From the human T2T-CHM13v2.0 reference genome, Homo sapiens: a DNA stretch of 64,000 nt. Below the pieces are notes generated by a model that saw nothing but the letters and a program-made list of their open reading frames with translations, made no database searches and was not told the DNA's origin. The DNA lies in assembly GCF_009914755.1 (NCBI RefSeq), contig NC_060940.1. One strand, 5' to 3'. Below, in pieces: positions 35,406 to 63,009 of this stretch (positions within the stretch are counted from its first letter, which is position 1; the number at the start of each line of letters is the position of its first letter). The position numbers were made by a program, and so were the translations under genes.

Positions 35406-36087
35406 TGACATAGTTCGGCTGTGTCCCCACCCAAATCTTATCCTGAATTGTAATCCCATAATCCCCATATGTCATGAGAGGGACCCGGTGGAAGGTAATT
35501 CAATCATGTGGGTGGTTGCGCCATGCTGTTATCATGATAGTGAGTTCTCATGAGATCTGATGGTTTTATAAGCATCTGGCATTTCCCCTGCTGGCATTCA
35601 TTCTCTCTCCTGCCGCCTGGTGAAGAGGAACCTTCTGCCATGATTGTAAGTTTCCTGAGGCCTTCCAAGCTATGTGGAACTGTGAGTCAATTAAACCTCT
35701 TTTCTTCTTTCTTTTTTTTTTTTTTTTTTTTTGAGACGGAGTCTCGCACTGTCACTGGGCTGGATTGCAGTGGCTCAATCTTGGCTCACTACAACCACCA
35801 CCTCCCGGGTTCAAGCAATTATTCGCCTCAGCCTCCCAAGTAACTGGGATTACAGGCACCCGCTGCCATGCCCAGCTAATTTTTTTTTGTATTTTTAGTA
35901 GAGACGGGGTTTCACTGTGTTGGCCAGGCTGGTCTCAAACTCCTGACCTCGTGATCCGCCCACCTCAGCCTCCCAAAGTGTTGGGATTACAGGTGTGAGC
36001 CATCACGCCCAGCCTTAAACCTCTTTTCTTTACAAGTTACTCCTTCTCGGGTATTTCTTCATAGCAGCATGAGAATGGACTAATACA
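35406..36087 (+). mobile_element. THE1/MST LTR inserted into AluJ and containing an antisense AluS (about 35700-36014)
   Basis: tgacatagttcggctgtgtccccacccaaatct...ggactaataca; 5-bp TSD-like gatgg/gttgg. Confidence 0.85.
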
Positions 36088-36974
36088 GTTGGGATCTCAT
36101 CACCTTGCCCAGGCTGGTCTTGAACTCCTAGGTTCAAGTGATCCTCCCGCCTAGGCCTCCTAAAGTCCTAGGATTAGAAGCATGAGCCACCATGCCTGGC
36201 CCAAAATCCCTTTTGCCGTGTAAGGTAACAGATTCATAGGTTCATTAGGACATGGATATCTTCAGGGACCATTCTTCAGTCTACCATATTGAGTGACCAC
36301 AGCAATTCATATAAGGGCCAAGCCCAGAGCAGGAGCCACAGTGTGGCAGCAACAATGACAGAGACGGCCCTGGTGAGGCTGGGGAAAGGGGAAGATGACA
36401 CACTACATGGGGCACCCTCATAGCTTCATCCTGTGCCGGGTTCTCATCATTTTTTTGAAATCTCCCAAAAAAGAAGCTTCTTAGAAAGACAGGGCAATAG
36501 ATACCAGTAAATTGCATGTACCGTGGCCTGGCGATTAAGGGTTTTTCCATTCCCTTTGCTTATTTCTGGAAAGCTGCTGATGTGAGTGGCAGCAGAGATT
36601 GAGAAGGGCTTGTCCCTATCACGTGATGGTCTGAATTGAATAGGATAATGCTTGGCTGAGCCTCCTTCCCACATTTTCCTTCAAATAAAATACCAACCCT
36701 TTCTTGACAGTTCTAGGACAGGATGCCCAAAGAGAAATGGGAGGGAATAAAACTGCAAGTGACTTAGCAGAGCTGCCTTGGTGTTTTGGGTCTACACAAC
36801 CAGATTCCCGAGCACCCCCTTAAGGCAATATCCTGACTTACATATTTCATGTTATGTAATTGGCTGCTATTCATTGAGCCATCAGTTACTTAGATCTTGT
36901 TGTCTCCTGGAATTCCAGTCTACTGTGTCTGTCCTCAGTCCCCTAAACTCCTCGGGGATCTCAAGTTATATTAG

Positions 36975-37652
<678 letters not shown>

Positions 37653-38116
37653 AGATCCCTGTTTTTTCATTACTAGATATCCTGGTCTTGGATGGGGTTG
37701 CTTTCTGATAAATAGACCTCGTGCCTGGTAAGTGTGTTTACTTGCTCCGGATTAAATTACACCTAGATTTACATTCTACCTCTGCCATTTATAGGCTGTG
37801 CAATCTTGCACAAATATCTTACCTTCTCTGAGCCTCGGTGGCCTCATCTGTTAAATAGCCATGCATCCAGTATCTCGCAGGGTGGTCATGAGGAGTAAAA
37901 GAGATCAAGCATATTAAGTGCTCAGTCCAGTGCCTGCTACCACGTAAGTGCTCATTAAATGTTACTTTCCTTTACCACCAGGAAGAAATTGAGTTTGGAA
38001 ATGGATAGATACAGGCATAAGTGTAGACACTGGTTTCTTTGTTTGGAAGAGGAGACACAAGAGAAGGGGGAGATTAGAGGGTGGAATGATGATCTTTTCC
38101 ATGTCAAGGTTGTTGA

Positions 38117-38345
<229 letters not shown>

Positions 38346-39122
38346 AGCAGCCTCAGGTGTAGGGGGGCTTGAGCCTCTCCTCACTCCTCTCTGATTGGTC
38401 CAAATTTGCTCAGTCTGGGCCAATCAGAGTCTTTCTCCTGGGATGCAGAGAGATTAGCCCAGGTGGATGATGAGGGAGTGGCAAACCGAAGTCTATGCAT
38501 AAGCAGAGAAAGCCAGTCTTTGAAGGGAAAGAGGACAGAGCGTCTGCCTCAAGAATAACAAGAGAGACAGTGTCCTTTGAAAGCAGAGAAGGAACTCAGC
38601 CATGACATTCCCATTGCAGTCCAGATGAACTGGGTAGTCCATAAGATGTTGCACCTTGTTCAACCCTGCGCATCCTTTCTCCAGACCCTTGGAGAAATAC
38701 CTCCCACCCCGTGTTGCCACCGCCTAGGGAAATCCAAAATCCAGCTGTACAATGTCTGTACATTTCCAGGGGCTTCCATCCTCAAGTCTTCTCTGCTCCT
38801 AGGCTTGGTTCCTTGAGTCCTGTACCTCCATCCAACTGAATATGAAACTCAGATGCTTCACTGGTTTCCATAACAACAGAATAAAACAATGCCCTATCCT
38901 ACTCCCACAGGTCATTTGAGGAGCAATACAATGAGGATCACAAAAAGGGTGTCATTGATCTCTTCACAGCAGACAGCTTAAAAACCATAACCAGTGACAA
39001 TCGTCTCCTGGCTCACCATGTAACTGTCCCTCCAGCCCCAGAGGACTAGCCCCAGCCACAGCCCTGCAAAGACCTTGATTTTTTTTTTAATTGCAAAAAA
39101 AAAAAAAAAAAAAAAAAGAAAA

Positions 39123-40492
<1,370 letters not shown>

Positions 40493-40527
40493 CTATACCG
40501 AGAACTTTATTTCCCATATCCCATTTT

Positions 40528-40881
40528 GTATTAGTCCATTTTCACACTGGAAAAAAAAAATACCAAAGATTGAGTAATTTATAAAATAGAGAGGTTTAAT
40601 TGACTCACAGTTTCGCATGGCTGGGGAGGCCTCAGGAAACTTACAATCATGGCAGAAGGGGAAGCAGGCACCTTCTTCACAAGGCAGCAGGAGGGAATAA
40701 GAGCCAGCAGGGGAAATGCCAGACACTTATAAAGCCCTCAGATCTCATGAGAACTCACCCTTTATCACGAGAACAGCATGGAGGAAACTGCCGCCATGAT
40801 CCAATCACTTCCCTCCCTCGACACGTGGGGATTACAATTTGCAGTGAGATTTTGGTGGGGACACAGAGCCAAACCATATCC
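40528..40881 (-). mobile_element. THE1/MSTA LTR
   Basis: tgtattagtccattttcacactg...gactcacagtt...ggggacacagagccaaaccatatc. Confidence 0.88.
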
Positions 40882-42143
40882 TTTTCCCTGTAGGGTTGTG
40901 GGTTAAAAGTAGGCAGAAGAGGATGGTGCGGGAGATTTGGGAAGTGGAAGGAAGGTGACATCAGTGTTTACTCTTTGAAGGCTGTCCAGATGAGACAAGG
41001 AGGTGATCTGACAGAGGGGCCACAGAGGTTCCAGCTTGTCCTCACCCTCCCCTGTGTCCCTTGCAGCTTGTCTTCCTGACCGCTGGGCCTGCTGACCAAC
41101 AGCAGCCCCCCCGCCTCTGGATGCTTGGCAGACGAGGCAGCAGCCCCCTAGGGACCCCTCTACCTGTTTCCCCTCTGCCACTCCATCTTAACAGCTGGAC
41201 GCATCTGACTCTCATATCAGCTGTCGGTGACTTCTCTCATCCTCTCCACCCTTCCCAGACCGCCATCTCCCCAGCTCCCTGGACAATTGTAGAAGGTCTA
41301 ATTCCTATAACGCATCCCTTGCCCCAGAGCACGTAGTGACCCTGCTTCCCCGATTGAGCACTGACTAATATCCCTCAACAGCCTTTACAGAAGCAGCCAG
41401 AAGTTGGAGGCAATGTGTCCATCTTGCACCAGGCCAACATCCCCCCATGCTTCCGCGTCTCAGCCTTGACTGCCTATTGCAATCACATGGAGAACTTTAA
41501 AGAAAATGCTGGGGCCTGGTCTTACAGCCAGAGTCTTGTCTAGTTGTTCCAAGGCATAGCCTGGTCATTGAGAGTCTTAGAAGCAGGTAGGCTGATGCCC
41601 CCTCACCTCCCACGGCACAGACATCCCCTCACCTCTTCGCTGGCTGAAATAGAAGAACCCTAGTGTCCATCAGCTGCTTATAGATGACTCATCTTCTTAA
41701 TCCTTTCTTGACGAAAACTTGCTTCAGATGTTAATAAAAAGTACAAAATCTGCCCTATGTTAGTTTGACTCCTTGGCACAGCAGTGGGAGCCTCTCTCTC
41801 TCCCCTGTAGCCTAGGATCGTGATCAGAATCATAATGAAATGTGTGTTTGTGGTCTCCCGTGGCGTCAGATAATTCCGATGCCATCTGTTGTCTTCATCA
41901 TCACATCCGTTATTGAAGTCCGTTGATTATGCCTTTGATTGAACCTGGGGCTATATTTATCAAGAAAATTATAAGCACAGGCTTTCTGACAGTGTCCAAC
42001 CAAACAGAATTTGTCATCATTCAATGACTATTGCTTTCCATTTGTTCCTGTTTTGGACTTCTAAAAACCAACACAGGGTCTCCTTTTATTTTTATTTTTT
42101 TAAAGAAATCAAGTGAGCTGGCCAAGAGCAGAGCAGAAGATAG

Positions 42144-43273
<1,130 letters not shown>

Positions 43274-43731
43274 TTAGATTGGAAGTCAGTGCTCTCATTC
43301 CCCCTTGAAGATGGTGACTGTTTGCTACTGTTCCATGTCTTCAATGCTCATGCTGCTGCTTAGACCTGTTAGAACTGACCTTGAGTTATTCCAGAGGAAA
43401 ATTCCAGCGGATCCTAGAACAATCAGAGTATTCTGGACTGAAGCATAGTCCAGAATCGCTCTGGTGATTAAATTCGGAAAGCTTGCCCAGGGCATCATTA
43501 ACCGCCTGGAGGAGTGAGCCCTCTCACCATCTGTTGTCTGCCATCACTATTTGGTTTTTCTCTTTGGTCTCATTTAGAGCCAAGTTGAGAAATTTCCAGT
43601 TCCTCTCCACTTGCTGCCCGACACAGTTAACCAGAAACACAATGTGGTGAAGGGGCCCATGTTGTAGCTAAAACAGCCCTAGACTTGGAGGCAGGAGCCT
43701 GGGTTGATATCTTGGCTGTTTGACTTTATAG

Positions 43732-44262
43732 CAGCGATCCCCAACCTCTTTGGCACCAAGGACTGGTTTCATGGAAGACAATTTTTCCATGGACCAGGGA
43801 TGGGGTGGGGGCATGGTTTTGAGATGATTCAAGTGCATTACATTTACTGTGCACTTTATTTCTATCATTATTACTTTGTAATCTATAATGAAATAATTAT
43901 ACAACTCACCATAATGTGGAATCAGTGGGAGCCCTGAGCTTGTTTTCCTGCAACAAGATGGTCCCATCTGTGGGCGATGGGAGAGAGTGGCAGATCATCA
44001 GGCATTAGATTCCTATAAGGAGCGTGCAACCTAGATCCCTCACATGCACAGTTCACAATAGGGTTTGCACTCCTATGAGAATCTAATGCAGCCGCTGATC
44101 TGACAGGAGGGGGAGCTCAGCCGGTACTGTGAGCATGGGGAGTGGCCGTAAATGCAGATGAAGCTTCACTCACTCACCCGCCACTCACCTCCTGCTGTGC
44201 GGCCTGGCTCCTAACAGGCCAAGGACCTGTACTGGTGGTGGCTCAGGGGTTGGGAACCCCTG
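43732..44262 (+). mobile_element. Full-length MER1A (hAT-Charlie)
   Basis: TIRs cagcgatccccaacc / ggttgggaacccctg, 531 bp, near-TSD ctttatag / ctttatcag. Confidence 0.88.
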
Positions 44263-44362
44263 CTTTATCAGACTTAGTTGGTCCAGTTTTTCCCAAAGTT
44301 GGGTACGCTCTGGGATGATTTTAGGCAGCATTTAGGAAAACATTAATTAAGAATTTTTTTTC

Positions 44363-45343
<981 letters not shown>

Positions 45344-45621
45344 GAGAGGGCTTGAGGCATAGCAACTGTTGCCATGGTAACGTGCAAGTGACTGATGTTC
45401 AGGAAACACTGGCTTTGCTACCCTGAGCCACACTTTTCCTTCTTGCCTGCAAGGCGATAAGGATGTTGCACCTGGTGGCTGGTGTGAGGAGGTCAGGCGC
45501 AGCAAGAGGCAGCACACGTAGCAGTTACAGTCACAGACTTTGCCTGCGCCAGGGTCTGTGTCCCAGCGGAGATGCTTACCGGCTGTGTGGTCTTGAGCAA
45601 ATTGCTCGACTTCTCTGTTAC

Positions 45622-47402
<1,781 letters not shown>

Positions 47403-47538
47403 CTAGTGGCTTAATGAATTACCTCCTAGGGATTTTTTTTTTTTTTTTTTTTTTTGGTCAGGAGCAGATGAGATAAGATACATAAAAAAGATATTACAAT
47501 ACCTAACCACATAATAACTGTTCAGTAAATGTTAGCAG

Positions 47539-48268
47539 TGAAATGGGGGAGCTCCCCTGTCCCCTTTGCAGGACTTGTGACAGGGGTGTGGCTCGCTTAC
47601 TTGGCTGCCACTGCATCAAACCCCTTGCAGGAGGGGGAGCATGCAGGTGAGCAGATTGGGGCTGGGGTGAGTGCTTTTGGGCTCTGGTCCCATGGCAGCG
47701 TCTAGGGATGTGTTACAATTAATACTCTTTTAGCAGTTGCTGTACGCAGATGACTAAGTGTTAACCAGTTCAGTGGAGATTCAGGGTGATAGCCTTTTAC
47801 ACCCTGCCCTCTTGGTACCTGGGTTCTTGTCTGGTGTCCAGGAAGAATCAGGTCACATGGACTTGAAGGATGGTGAATACAAATTTTTTATTAAGTAGTG
47901 GAAGTGGCTCTCAGTGGAAGGGGAGCTGGAAAGGGGATGGAGTGGGAAGGTAATCTTCCCCTGGAGTTCAGCCATCCTCAGATGATCTCCTCTCTGACTG
48001 TCCCCAGCCAAACTCCTCTCGATGTTCAGACACTTCTTCTCTTCTCTCCTTCTCTGCCACGCCACTCTGGTGCTATTCTGATTGTGGAGCCTGGGGTTTG
48101 GGGTTCTTAAGGGCATAGGATGGGGGCAGGGTGGTCCAGAGCGGTTTTGGAAAAGGCAACATTTGGGTGTGAAAACAGGAATGCCTGTTCTCATTTAGGG
48201 CTGCAGGTCCAGGCTTGAGGGTGGAGCCCTCACCTGGGACCCTGTCCTTCTGCCGCCTGTCCGTATCA
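47539..48268 (-). mobile_element. ERV1 solo LTR, LTR1/LTR28/MER52 group
   Basis: tgaaatgggg...ctgtccgtatca with TSD gcag (47535-47538 and 48269-48272). Confidence 0.85.
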
Positions 48269-48338
48269 GCAGGATGCTACTGCTGCTGCTGATACCTGGG
48301 GAATTGCCAGGTGTGAGGTGGGCATTAGAAAAATTTCA

Positions 48339-48640
48339 GGCTGGGCACAGTGGCTCAATCCTATAATCCCAGCACTTTGGGAGGTCGAAGCAGGAGGACT
48401 CCTTGAGCCTAGGGGTTTGAGACCAGCCTGGGCAACATCACAAGAACTCCTCTCTACAAAAAATTTTGAAATGAGCTGGGCATGGTAGTGTGTACCCATA
48501 ATCCCAGCTACTCAGGAGGCTGAGGTGGGAAGATTGCTTAAACCTGAGAGGTCAAGGCTGCAGTGAGCTATGATTATACCACTGCATGCCAGCCTGGACC
48601 ACAGAGCAAGACCCTGTCTCTAAAACACAATTAAAACAAA
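48339..48640 (+). mobile_element. AluJ
   Basis: Alu consensus. Confidence 0.85.
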
Positions 48641-49344
48641 AATTTCAGTTGAATATGTTCCTAAGAAGCCACAAAAGAGTCTTTTGTTATGATTCTTAAA
48701 TGAAAATTAACTAAAAATTGGAAATAAGGAAGAATGTCTTTTCCATGTCATACTGAGGCACTGCTTAATGACCTGCCCACGGATGATTAATTATCTTGGA
48801 GAGAGTACATGTATCTGACTTTGTTATTTATTATTTGATTAGAGCACTGACATAGTGAAATTACACGTTAACTTGTAGATTTCTGTCCAGTAGAAAAAAG
48901 ACGACATTAAAGGTTATGGTTTTATTGCCCTTATAGCATGTTAACCAGATTTCTCTCGAATTTAGCAATCTTATGCTAAGGTTTTCATTAAAGATGCTGA
49001 TGAGTCCACTTTTTAAATGCCCTTGGAGCGAGCTTTACCATTTTACTGGTTCCCTCATTAATGGGTTAAATAAATTTTTTGACAAGTGTTCATTCCACAT
49101 TTGTATGAGTCACATTTTAAATTTTGAAAATATACTTCAGCATGATCTTAATAATGCCAAGTCCCAGAGAGTTCTCTGTGCCCATAATTTAGTTCACTGG
49201 GCACATTCCCAGAGCACGTTCAGTATGCAAAGCATCATGGTGGGCCCCGCAGGGAAGACTAAAATGGGTAGGACTGGTCCCTATAGTTGCAGATTTAGTA
49301 ATTACTTATGGGCAGAAAAGAAGTATATAAATTACTTCCTACAC

Positions 49345-50120
<776 letters not shown>

Positions 50121-50804
50121 CCACAGCTGATTAGGTGCAAGCTAGCCCAGTACCAATCGATAGAAGACAGTACAGACTCACTAAAGTGATATATGATGGA
50201 GAAAATTGTCCCCATCCAGACTTCCCTTAGAGAGAAGACCCGGTGTGGTTGGTGGGAACACTCTGACGCTTCTTTTGGTTAGGGTTGTTGGCCACAAGCA
50301 ACAGAAATCAACTCTGCCTGACTCAACCAAAAAATGGGATTGTAGAAGGCTATGAGTGGGGATGGGGGCTCAGGAGTCGGAAGGACAGGCTTGGAAATGA
50401 GTATGGATCAAGAAAGCCCCAGAGACTGGCCACAGGACCAATCTGGCCAGGAAGCCGCCATTGCTGGACAGCACAAGTCTAATCCCTCCATCCTTTTATC
50501 TCTGTCATTTGCTCTGTGGTCAAAGTCTTGGACATGAGCTTCTGATTGGCTGAGTCTGAGGAAGTGGGGGTGCTCCCTTGTTGAACTTCTCTAATAATGA
50601 CTGACACAGTGAATGCTTTCCCTAAAACTAGGGTTTGGAGGTTGAGCAGCCAAAAATTCCAACTTTTTTCCATTACAGGAGGGAGACACAACCCCACCCA
50701 AGACCATGTGTAAGTAACAATAGGTAGTCTGTAAACAGCCTTCCATGGCCAGGAATGGTGGCCAAAGAAGGTCTTCTTTGACAGAGGTCAAAGAAGAGGG
50801 TGGG

Positions 50805-51120
50805 GGCCAGGCACAGGGGCTCACGCCTGTAATCCCAACAATTTGGGAAGCCGAGATGGGAGGATTGCTTTGAGGCCAGAAGTTTGAGACCAGACTGGGC
50901 AACATGGTGGAACCCCCTCTCTATAAAAAATATAAAAATTAGCCAAGCATGCTAGGGCACGCCTGTATTTCCAGCCACTCAGGAGGCTGAGGCAGGAGGA
51001 TGTCTTGAGCCTGGGAGATTGAGGCTGTGGTGAGCCATGATCAAGCAACTGCACTCCAGCCTACATGACAGAGCAAGACCCTGTTTCCCTGTCACAAACA
51101 AACAAACAACAAACAAAAAC
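50805..51120 (+). mobile_element. AluJ
   Basis: Alu consensus with (CAAA)n tail. Confidence 0.85.
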
Positions 51121-51237
51121 ACATACACATAAACCCCGTCGTTCTAAGCAAAGTGAGTCCTGCTATCTGCAGGATTTTGATTTTTTTCCAAGAGCATTAT
51201 GCTGAACTGGTATCAGAATTAAATTGCTTGGAACAAT

Positions 51238-52537
<1,300 letters not shown>

Positions 52538-52819
52538 CAATGAAGGAGATGTTCTTCATTGAGATAATGTGGGTGTCCGAATCAGGATCCACAGGTCAGT
52601 GTCCCAGCTCCACCATTGACTAGCTGTGTGATTCCGATGGAGCCACTTAACCTCTCTGAGCTGTGGGATCTTCCTGTATAAAAGAGACAACCACGTAGTG
52701 CCCACCTCAAACAGTGGTTATCAGGATTGAGATGATCTGTGTAAAGCATTTAGTGCCTATGAAGCACTTCTTAGTGTATAAAGCACTTAGGGTGTAAAAG
52801 GTGCATGGTAAATTCTGTT

Positions 52820-53083
52820 TGTCGCCCGGGCTGGAGCGCAGTGGCATGATCTTGGTTCACTGCAACTTCTGCCTCCCAAGTTCAAGTGATTCTCCTGCCT
52901 CAGCCTCCCGAGTAGCTGGGATTACAGCTGTGCACCACCATGCCTGGCTAATTTTTGTATTTTTAGTAGAGACGGGATTTCACCAGGTTGGCCAGGCTGG
53001 TCTTGAACCCCTGATCTCAAGTGATCTGCTGGTCTTGGCCTTTCAAAGTGCTGGGATTACAGGTGTAAGCCACTGCACCCGCC
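52820..53083 (-). mobile_element. AluS (tail-less)
   Basis: Alu consensus; flanks gtgc(a/g)tggt(a/g)aattc. Confidence 0.85.
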
Positions 53084-53251
53084 CTGTGCGTGGTGAATTC
53101 CGAGTAAATGGTAGCCAAAATCATTGTCATCATCATCGCCACAGGTAACCTTTTCCCCAAATAATACTCAGCTTCTCTTCTAAGTAAACGTTGAATGAAT
53201 ACTTTAGAGTGTTGAAGAAGCACCCCTAAATCTGCCCACTTGTTGATTCTA

Positions 53252-53425
53252 GCCAGTGATGTTAAATTTTTAGGAATCTGGAGAACCAGTTGTTCAACTG
53301 TGGGTAGCTCAAAATCTGCAGCAGTGGGAGTATTTACACCGTGGAAATTGGCAAATGATTCACAGCAAGGCTTCTACCTCCCTCCCCTGCTTCCAGCCAG
53401 TTAAACATTCCCCAGCACATCACTC
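53252..53425. mobile_element. MER63-like hAT element
   Basis: ccagt...gttaaatttttagga...ggaaattggcaaatg...ccagcacatcact. Confidence 0.6.
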
Positions 53426-53856
53426 ATTCTAGTCCTAGCCTGCCCTACTTTGGGGCATCCAACAGAGATTACTTGCGTTTTCTTTGTGGTTTATCAAGCC
53501 CCAGGGTCTCGCTTGCCTACAAAGGAGACCACTAATCACTAGCATGCTGAATAAACATGAAGTTGACTTAAACATTAATTTACTTATTATCAAAAGCTTA
53601 TCTGCTTCTGCTGGTGCAATGACTCTGATGGGAATTGCCAGTGGTGATGGTAGATAGGTGATGGCTTCAGAGAAGTGTGCTCTGTGCTTTGGCAGGAGCA
53701 GGGCTAAGCTGAGACAGTGGTCCTAGTGGCCCAGTCCATGGGCTAAGCAGGAATGGGTGGGAAGAGGGCAGGGGAGGCTTCCCCGGGGCCTGCAGATTGT
53801 GTTCTTAAGAGTTTTTTCCTTCAGTCCTTAGAAGCTCAGCTGAAAGGAATGACTGC

Positions 53857-55436
<1,580 letters not shown>

Positions 55437-56453
55437 TGAAAGCATTTTAGAAGGCTCCTGACTGAAAGAACGGGATAAAGTAAGGGGGTATGGGAACAGA
55501 AGATGACAGCCTGGTATATCTGGGTGACATGCGTAGGCAGTCTGTTGTAGTGGCAATTGTCAGGGCTCTGGAGTTAGACTGTCTTCTTTCAAATCTTGCA
55601 AGCTGTCTGATCTCGGGCGATTTACTTAACCTCTCTGAGAGTTCTGTAAAGTGGAGAATAAGAATACCACCCTACAGATGATGAGGATTCAATGAGATTG
55701 GGCTGGATACAAATCAGCTTTTGTTGGCATCAGCTTGAGAGGAGGGATGGACTTGGGAGTGGAGAGGGTGGATTTGAGGGAGAGGACGCCACACAGTGGC
55801 AGGAACTCGCAGCAGGTGACTGAGAGTGGAAGGCACAAGAGAGCCCAGATGCTGAGCCAGCTCAGAATAGAAACGGTATTGATAGCAGAATGCAAAGCAG
55901 TATCACTCGAATGACGGATGTTTAATTGGATTTCTCCAGGGCTGACTCACCGCCTTTGATAGATGCGATTGCCCTCGTGGTGTCTATCATGAGACTTGAA
56001 ATTTTTCCACCTGCACCTGCAGTCTTTAGGCCTTGTTTCAACAAAATGCAGTACTGTGTGTACCCTCCATGCCTGCCAGCCTTCCTTCCTTCCTTGTGTA
56101 TTTACTGCAATGTATCAGGGACGGGGTGGTGTGCTAGAACCATGAAGGAAAAAGGCAAAGTCCCTTAAAGGAGGTGCAGTCTGTTGAGGCAGAAACACAA
56201 ATGCCTAGATGGTTCTGGAATGCCTAGATGTCAATGGGATAACAAGGGGGCTATGGCTGCAGGAAGGAAGAGGACCTGATGTAGCTGAGGGCATCAGGAA
56301 GATTCCAGAAGGAGAAGGGATTAGTGAAGCTGCAGAGCACTTAGTTTGAGACAAAGATTTCTGAGCTGAGGGAGGAGTTGGGCAAAGGCTTGAGTGCAGG
56401 AGTTCAAGAGAACTCCTTGGGGCCAGGCTTTACACAGGGATGCACATGGGCTG

Positions 56454-56765
56454 TGTACCAGTCTGTTCTGACACTGCTGTAAAGATACTACCCGAGACTG
56501 GGTCATTTATAAAGGAAAGAAGTTTAATTGACTCACAGTTCTGCATGGCTGGGGAGGCCTCAGGAAACTTGCAGTCATGGCAGACGGCGAAGGGAAAGCA
56601 AGCACGTCTTACGTGGCGGCAGGAGAGAGACAGCACAAGAGAAAATGAGTGTAGGAAGTGCCACATTTAAAACCAGCAGCTCTCTTGAACTCCTGCACTC
56701 AAGCGATCCTCCTGCCTCGGCCTCCCTTAGTTCTGGGATAACAGGCAGGAGCTGCTGTGCCCACC
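56454..56765 (-). mobile_element. Truncated MSTA/THE1 LTR fused to an Alu fragment
   Basis: tgtaccagtctgttctgacactgct...gccacatttaaaaccagcagctctc then ttgaactcctgcactcaagcgatcctcc. Confidence 0.75.
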
Positions 56766-56910
56766 TGGAGCTTAATCTCTGTTCACATCTTTAATTATTC
56801 TGGGCCAGCTTAGCCAAAGGCCTTAGGGGTAGGGTTAGGGACACCAAGGGCCAGTCTTCTATCCACTTCACAGCTCGCTGGGCCCTCCAAGGGAAGGACT
56901 ATGTGTCTCA

Positions 56911-58235
<1,325 letters not shown>

Positions 58236-58239
58236 GTAA

Positions 58240-58575
58240 GTTCAGCAAAATATTTCTGTAAAGGGCCAAGTACTAAACACCTTAGGCTCTACAGAGTGTA
58301 CAGTCTCTGTCGTGATTACTCACCTCTGCCACTGTCGGGAAAAACAGCCACAGACAATGCTGAAATGAATGGACATGACTTCGTTCCAATAGCATGTTAT
58401 TCACAGATGCTGAACTTTGAATTTCATATAATTTTCATTTATCAGAAAATGTTATGATTTTGATTTTCCCCAAGTATTTAAAAATGAAAATTAAACTATT
58501 CTTAGTTCGTGAGTTGTACCAAAACAGGCAGTGGGCCAGATTTTGACTGTGGGCTATAGTTTGCCAACCCCAGCT
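58240..58575 (+). mobile_element. MER58B-like hAT element
   Basis: gcaaaatatttctgtaaagggcca...gaactttgaatttcatataattttca...tagtttgccaacccc. Confidence 0.75.
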
Positions 58576-59317
58576 AAAGATTGAGGAGCAAACGCATCTT
58601 CCAGGAATTCCTTGGATCGTCTTAGACAGAAGGTCAAAGGGAGAGTGCACTCTCTCCTTGGTGTGGAAATACTGATCACCATGTCTTCCAAACTGGGTTT
58701 CATAGACACATCTCCATGCCATGCTCTCACTCTAGAACCTAAGATGGCTCCCATGTTAAGGTTCTTTACAACGCAGACACATATGTCCCTGATATGTCCT
58801 AATTGGGCAGACTCTTCATTGTCACCTACCCTGGCATACCACACCCATTCCTAATATTTGTCTCAGCTCCCCCTTCTCTCTGAGTGCCTGGAATCTTTTC
58901 CTGACCCCTCCAAGTTGTGCCCTCCCCTGTAAGTTGCATCTCGATTTGAGCAGCCTTCTCCCAGACTATCCTGATCTCTGTCTTCCTTGAACTCCAGTCA
59001 CTGGCTGGAGCTTTCACAGTCCCAGTCGAGAGCATGGGCTCAGATCAGACTGCCCGAGTTCAAGTTCCTACCACTTACTCTGTGACGTTGAACAAGTTCT
59101 TTATCCTGTCTAAGAGATAATAATAATAGTCCTTACCTCATAGAGTTGCTGCAAGAGTTCACTGAGATGATTTGTGTAAAATGCTTAATCCAGAGCCTGA
59201 CACCAATCATATGAAAGCATTCAATAAGTACTAGCAATTATACTTCTGTATTGTTTGATGTTTTTATAGTGAGACCATATTTATGTAATATTTGTATAAT
59301 TTTTTAAATAGACCAAG

Positions 59318-60170
<853 letters not shown>

Positions 60171-60654
60171 CATAATTTTTTTATATCATACATACAGAAA
60201 AGAGCAGTATTAGTAGTTGTTATTGTAAGAAAAATGAAAACTAAGGCAGTCTAGAAAGCCCTTGGAAGAGAGAAGAATAAACTGCGCTTGAGGAAGTTGA
60301 CATTTGGGAACAGAGTGGGAACAAGGGTCTTGAAGAAGGTGACATTTGTTTGGGAACGAGTGTCTGACTGCAATCAAAGGAAAGGCCAGTGTGACAGGTG
60401 GATGTAAATCCACAGTCCATTAAAATGGCCACAGAGAGAAAACAGACATATTGGCCTTCCAGGGTGCAACATGAGGGCATTCCCTTCCTATGTACACTGG
60501 CAGGCACCTCTCCGGTCCCTTGGTCCCCAGCAAGATGCTGAGAAATTGCTGAGGCCAGGGGCTCCCTGGACACTTATCAACACTTATCCTTACCCAGGGA
60601 TAGCGTTTAAGCTCATGAATCCTACGAAAGCTGAACCAATGCACATGTTTATCA

Positions 60655-62854
<2,200 letters not shown>

Positions 62855-63009
62855 ATTTTTTTGACTTGATAAGCAGTCCAGATGCAGGTGGCCCGAGGGT
62901 CAGTGGGGTGGCCCCAGGATGCTATCAAGGGTCTGGCTGTTTCCTTTCCTCCCCTCTGCCCTAGATAGCGAACCTGTCCCCTTCTGCCCATGGGTAGTAA
63001 GCCAATCGC

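Larger units (their letters stand above)
34657..36285 (-). mobile_element. MLT1 LTR hosting nested MER85, AluJ, THE1/MST and AluS insertions
   Basis: ttttcctgtggctactgtaacaaa...aaaacaacacacattt...cttacagttctggaggctggaagtctgaaatc...taatcacatctgcaa | inserts | cccttttgccgtgtaaggtaaca...ttaggacatggatatct. Confidence 0.75.
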
